Made by a program: the position numbers and the translations under genes. A stretch of 63,940 nucleotides of DNA, counting the filler, from an uncultured bacterium (lineage in GTDB: Bacteria; Hinthialibacterota; Hinthialibacteria; Hinthialibacterales; Hinthialibacteraceae): assembly GCA_964449065.1 (NCBI GenBank). It is 6 parts of 6 records of this genome, joined end to end, with 100 filler letters (N's around TTAATTAATTAA, not from the genome) between each part and the next. Parts side by side here need not be neighbours in the genome. Positions count along the whole stretch, not along the records: positions 43,972 to 54,848 come from CAYVAZ010000172.1; positions 54,949 to 63,940 come from CAYVAZ010000207.1; 4 more parts are not named here. One strand, 5' to 3'. The notes beneath the pieces were generated by a model. That model was not told the DNA's origin, did no database searches, and was given only the letters and a program-made list of their open reading frames with translations. Of the stretch, positions 51,727-59,800 are shown one piece after another (position 1 is the first letter of the stretch; each line of letters starts with the position of its first letter).

Positions 51727-51735
51727 GGATTGCCA

Positions 51736-53229
51736 ATGAATAAAGAAGCCATGTTAGGATTGTTTGTCGTCGCCGTGTTGGTGGTGTTTTTGTTCTTCAC
51801 CGTCAACATGGGCACACGCTTTTTCGCGCAGGGTGACCGCACCTTTCACTTCTATTTTGAAAACATCGGCACGCTGGAAATGGGAGCTCCTGTGAAACAA
51901 AAAGGGGTGGATGTCGGTGAAGTCAGCGGGATTGATATCGTGACCATCGCCGACCCCGCGCCCGAAAAATTGATCGAGGTGCAAGTGAAAGTCAACGATG
52001 AAGCGAGCATATCGGTTGATTCCAGAGCCTTCATTCAAACCATGGGCATGATGGGCGAAAAATATCTTGATATCTCGTTTGGTCAGGAGCAGCCTGCCAC
52101 CAAAGAAACCAAATTGGAAGGAATATCCCAATACGAACTCGACCGCGTGATTCAAAATGTTGTTGGTCTAACCGAACAATTAACCGTAACCGTTCAAGGG
52201 TTAAATAAAATCTTCGGCGATCCTGAACTCCCCAGCAACATCAATAAATTGGTCGATAACCTAGGCAGCATCTCCGAAAATGTTAACAATTTGGTAGGCG
52301 GTGCCACCGGCAGCATCATGACTATCATGAACAACCTTGAAGTCGCTTCCGCCGATCTCAAATCCACCATCGCTACCGCTGAGTTGTTCATTGTCGACAC
52401 TCAAAAACTCGTGAAACGCAACGAACGGAATATCGATTCCACCATCGAAAACACCGCTGTCATTACAAGCAGTATCCGCAACGAATTGATGCCTGATGCC
52501 ATCAACGTGGTGCGTGAGATGAAAGGCTTTTCCGGCAAACTGGAAGATTCCATCGGACGCGCCAACAACATGATCGCAAAGTTGGAAACTCTCGTCGAAG
52601 AAAACCGCGAAGATGTTCATGCCACCATCTCGGATATCCGCCTCATGTCGAATAACTTCAAGCAAGCCTCCATCCGCGTAAATGACATGCTAAACCGTGA
52701 AGAAGGTCTGGTGCATGATATCTTTTACGATACCGAATTTTCCAAATCCACAAAAAATACCGTTAAGCAAACCTCCAAAACCTTGGAGACCGTCAATTCC
52801 ATCCCCGACCGCATCACCTTTGAAACCGAACTGCGCTACTTCAGCGATGACAACCGCTTCGGCAATGATGACAACAATTTTCGGGGTGATTTGGGTGTAC
52901 AGTTTGATATCACCGACAAACTCTTTCTCTTTGCCGGAGGCAATAATCTGGGCGTTGAAAATGATTTAGAAGCCCGCTTGGGCTACCGTCTGGGGCACTT
53001 TTCTTTCTACGGCGGTATGATCGAATCCGAAGCCGCCGCCGGGGCGGCATGGTATCCCATTGACCGTTTGACGTTCGGCCTCGAAGGTGTAGGATTAACG
53101 GACAGCGGGGAAGAACGCCTGGACCTCTATTCGCACTACCGCATTTGGCAGGAAGTCTACCTAACCGGGGGCGTGCAGGATGTCACCAACAAAGTTTTCC
53201 CCAATGCTGGCGTCATGGTCCGCTTCTAA
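51736..53229 (+). CDS. mlaD: MCE/MlaD protein with long helical region and C-terminal beta-barrel-like domain
   Basis: TM, then MCE (GAPV..GVDVGEV..I, GMMGEKYLDI), ~230 aa helical repeats, amphipathic beta strands ending AGVMVRF. Confidence 0.88.
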   Translation: MNKEAMLGLFVVAVLVVFLFFTVNMGTRFFAQGDRTFHFYFENIGTLEMGAPVKQKGVDVGEVSGIDIVTIADPAPEKLIEVQVKVNDEASISVDSRAFIQTMGMMGEKYLDISFGQEQPATKETKLEGISQYELDRVIQNVVGLTEQLTVTVQGLNKIFGDPELPSNINKLVDNLGSISENVNNLVGGATGSIMTIMNNLEVASADLKSTIATAELFIVDTQKLVKRNERNIDSTIENTAVITSSIRNELMPDAINVVREMKGFSGKLEDSIGRANNMIAKLETLVEENREDVHATISDIRLMSNNFKQASIRVNDMLNREEGLVHDIFYDTEFSKSTKNTVKQTSKTLETVNSIPDRITFETELRYFSDDNRFGNDDNNFRGDLGVQFDITDKLFLFAGGNNLGVENDLEARLGYRLGHFSFYGGMIESEAAAGAAWYPIDRLTFGLEGVGLTDSGEERLDLYSHYRIWQEVYLTGGVQDVTNKVFPNAGVMVRF

Positions 53230-53277
53230 AAGTAGTTGTTAATGCGTTTCAGAGTTGGATAGCAGAATCTGTCGTTG

Positions 53278-53700
53278 TTTCCCCCCTTACTAAGGGGGGT
53301 AGAGGGGATCAAAGACGATCTCTTTCTATCTACACAAACCTGAATTGCTCTAAAAGTGTATTCGTTTTGGGAGGGCAAGGCTCCCGCCGAGCCGGAAGTA
53401 CAGTTACGAGTTCATCAGAACGTATTTTTGGCGGTCTGTTTAAACGGTAGTGCAGGCATTCAGCCTGCCTTGTATTTTTTTTTTCGTAATAGGACAGCCA
53501 CTCGAAGACAAATTTCCCCTCTCAAAGGTGGGAGGGGTTAGGGGAGGGTTTGAAGCACTGAGCGTTTAACCCCCACCTAGCCTCCCCCATTGCATTGGGG
53601 GAGGAATGAGAAAATCTGTTCGATTTTTTGAATATGCACTTCATATCGCTGACCTGTTACTTTTTCTCCACCAAGTTGGGACAGAGGGAGTTGTGAAGCG
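53278..53700. repeat. Cluster of REP-like palindromes from several families
   Basis: CCCCCCTTACTAAGGGGGG; GGGAGGGCAAGGCTCCCGCCGAGCC; GTAGTGCAGGCATTCAGCCTGC; a copy of the 4-50 element; CCTCCCCCATTGCATTGGGGGAGG. Confidence 0.8.
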
Positions 53701-53805
53701 CATCATAACCAACAATAAGCGAAAATGTATTCGGATGGGTTGAAGCCGTTGCGAAATCCATCAAGACTACACATATTACATTCAATAGGAATTTCATTTT
53801 ACATT

Positions 53806-54735
53806 ATGAATAAAACCCATATCATCGAAGATATAACCCTAAACCTGGCCTCCACCGATACCTCGCCATCCAAATGGATTGGCCAATACGATCCGCTCGA
53901 GCAACTCCTCGCCTGCTGGCTGGTGGTCGATGACAAAGATTTACCTCTTGCCCCGCGCTTGGTAGGCCCTCCCGGAGTCGGCAAAACCTCGCTCGGCATG
54001 GCGGCGGCAAGAACCCGTGGGCAGGATCTATACATCTACCAATGCACCAGCGATACCCGCCCCGAAGACTTGCTCATAACGCCTGTTTTGTCAGAGTCGG
54101 GAAAAATATCCTATCACGCGTCCCCCCTCGTTACCGCCATGATTCAAGGCGGGGTTTGCATATTGGATGAAGGCAACCGCATGAACGAAAAAAGCTGGGC
54201 CTCGCTCGCCCCGCTGCTCGATTACCGCCGCTACGTTGAATCCATCATCGCGGGGATCACCATCCACGCGCACCGCGATTTCCGCGTTTGCGTGACGATG
54301 AACGAAGATGAATCCACCTTCGAAATCCCCGATTATATCCAATCCCGTTTGCAGCCGTCGATCCAAGTCCCGTTCCCCGACCGCAAGGACGAACTGGATA
54401 TCCTGCGCTATCATCTTCCCTTCGCCGAAGACGATATCCTCGCGCGCACGGTCGATTTCCTACAAGAAGCCCACGAACTGGGCTTAGAGTTTTCCAGCCG
54501 AGACGGCATTCACATTATCCGCTATACCATCAAACGCCTCAGCCAAGATACCCGTCATCCCTTATCGAAAGACCAAGCATGGCAGCAAGCGGTACTGGCG
54601 GTATTGGGTGAAGAGGCGGTAGACTTAGAAGAAATGGCACGCAAAAAACAGCAAAACGAATCCCAACAATACCCCCCAATGGGTATGGATGATTTCTTTT
54701 TCGGCGACGATGATCCGCTGCGGCCCAATCAATAA
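53806..54735 (+). CDS. MoxR-like AAA+ ATPase (AAA_5)
   Basis: [28 protein letters not shown]; start at MNKTH. Confidence 0.88.
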   Translation: MNKTHIIEDITLNLASTDTSPSKWIGQYDPLEQLLACWLVVDDKDLPLAPRLVGPPGVGKTSLGMAAARTRGQDLYIYQCTSDTRPEDLLITPVLSESGKISYHASPLVTAMIQGGVCILDEGNRMNEKSWASLAPLLDYRRYVESIIAGITIHAHRDFRVCVTMNEDESTFEIPDYIQSRLQPSIQVPFPDRKDELDILRYHLPFAEDDILARTVDFLQEAHELGLEFSSRDGIHIIRYTIKRLSQDTRHPLSKDQAWQQAVLAVLGEEAVDLEEMARKKQQNESQQYPPMGMDDFFFGDDDPLRPNQ

Positions 54736-54743
54736 AGATTTTA

Positions 54744-54848
54744 AATAACTCATGTTACGCATACGTAATGATATGCCCGTTATTCTAATCTACCGCTGTA
54801 TCTATCGCCCTCGCCCACCGGGAGAGGGTAGGGGTGAGGGCTTATGGA
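54744..54848. repeat. ~100-bp MITE-like repeat
   Basis: AATAACTCATGTTACGCA...GCCCACCGGGAGAGGGTAGGGGTGAGGG; homologous to the other copies. Confidence 0.85.
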
Positions 54849-54948
54849 NNNNNNNNNNNNNNNNNNNNNNNNNNNNNNNNNNNNNNNNNNNNTTAATTAA
54901 TTAANNNNNNNNNNNNNNNNNNNNNNNNNNNNNNNNNNNNNNNNNNNN
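54849..54948. other. Artificial contig linker
   Basis: N44-TTAATTAATTAA-N44. Confidence 0.99.
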
Positions 54949-55064
54949 GACATAACCCAGAGCAATACCCTGGTAATAGTTGTGGGTCAACCTTAGCTTA
55001 ACAAGGGGGAAAAACGATGTTCCAGGTTTTTCAATTTATTAACCATCATTCCATTGTTGACAGA

Positions 55065-56144
55065 CTACTCATTTCCCCACTGATACCGTTCTCGAAGTTC
55101 ATTGAACCATTGCCGCTTGATGTATTCATCATACTGCAATCGACCGACAACAATACCGGGATGGATTTTGATTTGATTGGAAAATTCTTGGATAGTGTCA
55201 TAGTCAATTTGATGCGTTTTAACAAAGCGGAGGTATTGTTTATTGGGGATCAAAGTCTCTCGGGCAAATTCGTCTGCTTCTTCTTCTTTTTGATCGTGAT
55301 TGTGATTTTCTAAAATGACATCTTTTGTTGAATGCAAAAGGATATGCCCCAATTCATGAAATAAACTAAACCAAAAAATATCAGCCCAACGGAACCGAAT
55401 CGTAATCATGACCACCATTTTGTCATCACGCAATTGAAAGGTAGCGCCATGTGCTTTTGTCTTGGGAAAATGTGGACACAACACCAAGGCAACTCCACAG
55501 CCCGCCAACCGCTTTTCAAGTTCAGGAATCGACTTTTTTGGATGGTGTAAGGTAAGATTTCGCAGTTGTACCACACACTTCTCTAACTGTTCTTTTTGGA
55601 ACGGTACACAATCGATTCGAGACGCGCGTCTTTCTCCCAAACGAATCCAAGCCGCTAAGGCTTCTGGAGATTGTTCTCCCGCGTTTCCCAACCGGTACGC
55701 AGGCTGATACCGCCGGAGGGTTGGAATTGTGGTGAGCGACATGGTTCCGAAATAGCTGTGTAATTCACGAACTTTATCGACCGGTTTGGTTTTCCTTTCA
55801 ACCTCACCTAAATCGGCCAATTGACTATAGCAATACTTGGTGACCAGACTGGTTTCTGCTTTGAAACGTTCCTGCGCTTCTTCCATTCGTGCTAATGTAA
55901 GGCGGTATTCGGCTTCTAATCCTGTCCAGATATGCGCGGGTACACCGACAGCCTTTTCAAGACGAATCGCCGTATCGGGAGTGATGGCTTTTTCGCCCTT
56001 GTAGATGGAACTGAGTTTAGACGCGGGACGCCCCATTCGCCGCGCCAACTCTTCTTTACTCATTCCAAGGTCTTCCAACACCTCTTCCAAAAATTCTCCG
56101 GGCGGGATGGCTAAATTGGAATGATAGATTTGGTTTTGTGCCAT
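55065..56144 (-). CDS. higA: HigA-family HTH antitoxin fused to an ImmA/IrrE metallopeptidase
   Basis: IPPGEFLEE, ELARRMG, ITPDTAIRLE, W..LEAEY; FWFSLFHELGHIL (HExxH), EEEADEFA. Confidence 0.9.
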   Translation of the reverse strand: MAQNQIYHSNLAIPPGEFLEEVLEDLGMSKEELARRMGRPASKLSSIYKGEKAITPDTAIRLEKAVGVPAHIWTGLEAEYRLTLARMEEAQERFKAETSLVTKYCYSQLADLGEVERKTKPVDKVRELHSYFGTMSLTTIPTLRRYQPAYRLGNAGEQSPEALAAWIRLGERRASRIDCVPFQKEQLEKCVVQLRNLTLHHPKKSIPELEKRLAGCGVALVLCPHFPKTKAHGATFQLRDDKMVVMITIRFRWADIFWFSLFHELGHILLHSTKDVILENHNHDQKEEEADEFARETLIPNKQYLRFVKTHQIDYDTIQEFSNQIKIHPGIVVGRLQYDEYIKRQWFNELRERYQWGNE

Positions 56145-56145
56145 A

Positions 56146-56451
56146 TTATTTGCCTTCATAATGCTTGCTAATTTCATCGATACGAACAATTTCCATTGTG
56201 CCGCCTTTTAGGGTAAAAATGAGCCGGTAAAATTCTGTCAAATTTATGGCCCACTGCCCTTTCCGGTTCCCCTTGAGGGCATGACAGCGCAATGTTGAAA
56301 TTGCTTTTAATTCATCGATGTTTTGTGCTTGCTGAATGATGTTGATCCGTTCAATATATTTCCGAGCTACTTTTTTTTCATAAGCCTTTTCGGCTTCTTT
56401 TGCATTTTCATATTGTTTTCGCAGTTTGTTGGTTTTGAACTGGATCTGCAT
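56146..56451 (-). CDS. higB: HigB/RelE-like toxin (plasmid maintenance killer family)
   Basis: MQIQFKTNKL, LRCHALKGNRKGQWAINL...YRLIF. Confidence 0.92.
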   Translation of the reverse strand: MQIQFKTNKLRKQYENAKEAEKAYEKKVARKYIERINIIQQAQNIDELKAISTLRCHALKGNRKGQWAINLTEFYRLIFTLKGGTMEIVRIDEISKHYEGK

Positions 56452-56462
56452 TGGAAATGCCC

Positions 56463-56533
56463 TTTACCCTTACGGTAAATTATAATGAGGAATTGCACCG
56501 TGTCAACAATACCTTTTTTACCCTAAAGGTAAA
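56463..56533 (-). promoter_or_regulatory. higBA promoter flanked by two 17-bp operators
   Basis: Minus strand TTGACA (56506-56501), 16 bp, TATAAT (56484-56479); TTTACC-N5-GGTAAA at 56463-56479 and 56517-56533. Confidence 0.85.
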
Positions 56534-56560
56534 GCGTAAATTTTACAATCGTTTTAGCCT

Positions 56561-56716
56561 CTACGCTTCCATTTCTTCGGCTTCTGCGCTTTCCGGGTTT
56601 TCATCTACCTCTTCAACCGGCACGTTGCGCGCATCCGGTTTGCCTGTCATCACATCCAGGATTTACCGCGTTTGCGATTCACGAATGAAGTTGATTTCTT
56701 TTCTCGTTTGATTCAT
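56561..56716 (-). pseudogene. hsdS: C-terminal remnant of a type I restriction-modification specificity subunit
   Basis: Reads RKEINFIRESQTR*ILDVMTGKPDARNVPVEE..., compared with the usual HsdS tail REI.LLREYRTRLI.DVVTGKLDVR; internal TAA at 56663-56665. Confidence 0.65.
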
Positions 56717-56793
56717 TATGGATCGAATAATGGATGTTTGAAATGAATCGCGATCATAAAACGTTTAATTGCTTTGCCGTATTTATACACACT

Positions 56794-56826
56794 AAAAAAG
56801 GACGCTGAAGAAGCGCCCTTTTTTTG
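56794..56826. terminator. Bidirectional terminator-like hairpin
   Basis: AAAAAAGGACGCT-GAAG-AAGCGCCCTTTTTTTT downstream of the large gene. Confidence 0.65.
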
Positions 56827-56874
56827 GGGATAGTGAGGAAGGATATACGAGGATACTGATATTGGGGATATATA

Positions 56875-59800
56875 TCAGTTGATATTGGTGGCTGAAAGAA
56901 ATACCGCTCCTGAATCCGGGTTCAACCCGCCCACATACGCGGGCAATCCTTTGTTTCCGGCAAAGACGTTTGCAATGCCGCTTATGCTTCCATCCGCGCC
57001 GGTGTTGAGTTTAATCAAACGAAAACGCGATTCCGGCGCGGACAAGACCGCTTCTACATCAAACCCACTAATGCGTTCTAACGATCCGGTTCCCACAACC
57101 AACTCGGTACCGTCGGATGAATCGCCGGTCAACTCAGCTGCGGAAATGCTCAACGCGCCGGATGGGTTAATGTCTTCGCTCCATACATTTAAGATGCCGC
57201 CCGCTACCCGTTCGAATCCGGTGATGGAGTTGTTTGAAACATTCGCTCGCATTACGGAAATCAAACTCAGTGGGGCGGTATCGCGAGCGCTGTTGTGATC
57301 GCGGCTGTTGCCTTTGCTGGCCGCGATGATTTCTAAGCTGCCGTCACCGTCCAAATCGGCCGTAGTCAACTCAATGCCGCCGTTGCCGCGGTATGGTTCC
57401 GGAAACCCGGCGTATGGATGCCGCGCTTCCACGCCGCCGTCCGCGTTGATATCCAACGTATGAAAGATGGTTAACGAAGTTTCGCTGTTGGATTGTCCAA
57501 CCAGCAGTTCGTCTTTGCCGTCACCGTCTAAATCAGCAGCCGCTAAAGTAAGACCGCCATTGGCATTTCCCGTGGCTGCGGGACCAGCCAAACCAGTGAA
57601 TTGCCCAACCACCTGCCAGCCGTTCGGCGCTGCCTGTCCCGTATATTGGAACAAACGGACAACGCCCTTTCCTCCCCTGCCTTGCGCGGCTGCGATTTGA
57701 GGGACACCACTGCCGGTAAAATCACCAATGGCGGTACGAATCTCTCCCCCGTTATACTGCACTTCGCTGCCGCTCCCGGTTGGAAACGCTTCAAACGAAT
57801 GCCCAACCACTCTACCGGTTTCCAAATTTCGAACCACAACAATATTCGGAAACAACGCGGGCTGCGTGATATGCCCGAACGAAAGCACCATGTCTTGTGA
57901 ACCATCGCCGTCTAAATCACCGGTCGAAGTATACGTCGCTCTGCCGTCCCCGCCGCCAACCGCTTCAAAAAAGCGTCCGGCCAGCCCGTTAAATGCTCTG
58001 CGAATCGCGGAAATCGCCCCGGCGTCGCGGTCAAAGTTGCGGATGTTGATTAAGTTTTTACCGCCTATGCCTTGCGTAATGATCACTTCATCAATCGGAG
58101 CGCTGCTTACAGTGGATGAAATATCAATTCTGCCATCAACCGTTACGGCATCGGCTAAATCATCTCCGGTAGCAACAATAGCCAATTCGGTTGAACCCGC
58201 TGCGGCATCTTTTACACGGAACATTAGATTGATCAACACACCCGATGTTATGACGGGATCGCTGGCAAACGCCGCCGCCGATACCCGTATGCTGCCCGCT
58301 GTTGTTTCATATCCATCGGCAACACCAAAGTTCTCTAAAAGTGTTCCGCCTAAGTCAGCGCGTAAGAATTCCAGTGAGTTGGGGTCATACCGCATATCGA
58401 AAATCAGCGCGATGACTTCTTCGGTATTTCTGAGATGAACCGGAACGGTAACGGTATCACCTGTTTCCGCATCCATACTGCCCACCGTCATCGTATGATT
58501 GGCTGAATACAACCGAATGCCGCCGGAAGACGTGTTTGTTTTTTGCCGGGATGAAAGCGCATTCAGGTCCACCCGGCCTAAGGATGCTTCAAAGATATGC
58601 TGCGCGTCCATCGCGGTAATACGGCGGTCGCCGTTCACTTCCGCGGCCCACTCTTGATAATCACTCGGCTTTTTGCGGCCGGATGCGATATTAAATCCAT
58701 CCTGCGCGTCACGGGCGGTGATACGGTTGTTTCGGTCTACATCGCCTTTCATCCCCATCTGCACTGTGATATTCAGTGCTTTCGCGTTCCGCAATCCATC
58801 CCGCAGATTTCTCGGTTGAATCTCTGTCGATTGGCCAAACTGGTTTGACTTCATACGAAACCCAAGTTCAATAAGCGTGCCGCTGCCTTCAATGCCATTC
58901 TTGTTAAAGGCCGCCGCGGTCACCCGCAATTTACCGCGGGTAAACTCAACCACATCCACAGAGTTCCACGCTTCCAACATCGTTCCGTTTTTCGAGAACT
59001 TATTGTTCCAATCCATCTTGCCTTTGTCATAATGCAGTTCAAACGTAATCGCTTTGGTTGATGGCAAGTTCTGCACAAAAACCGGAACCTCTACCGTGCC
59101 GTTCGTGCCGACATTGAATTCCCCACCACCTACAGCAAACTGTGCGGAAGGCGGCTGAGTCGGACGTGGGGTAGGCTGGATGGTCGGTCTGGGTGTTGCC
59201 GGACGCGGCGTTACCGTCGGTGTCGCGGTCGCTGTCGGTGGAACCGGTGTCACCGTAATATCCGGTACATTGAATGAAGTCAAACGCAATCCCGTTGTAA
59301 TGGAAAAACGCGAATTGTTCGTATGACGCTCCGCGTAGAAGATAGACAATATATTGAGTTGATTGGGCCTGAATCCCAAATCACCAATGTTGATCGACAG
59401 TTCTTGTTCCGAATGCGCGCCGCCTAAGTCCATCACCAATTGGCCGTTGATGAACACCCACATATCGTCATCCGATGACACGGTTAACTCGGTTGGATGT
59501 GTGTATTGAAAGGCGGCATGAAGCTCGTATGTAAAGTGAAAGTTATGCGCGTTGCCTTCGTTGCCCCACAATTGGTCATCAATCGGGAAGAACATATCCG
59601 CGTCATACCGGTACATTGGCATAGTTGTGGTTTGATCGTTGACCCGTTCCAGCGTTATGGTATGCAGTTGCGAGCGGTTCACACCCGGTGTCCTGCGGTA
59701 CCATTGGTTAAAACTGTCTTCTCCCGAAACCATCTTTTGATTTTGCCGGGGGTTGTATACCGGCTTTCGATCTTCACTCAATTGCTTCAATACAATGCCT

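Noticed and set aside
10905..54948. Regularly spaced TTAATTAATTAA palindromes about every 11 kb
   Set aside because: Artificial six-frame-stop linkers inside N runs; contig lengths decrease monotonically, so the spacing reflects sorting by size
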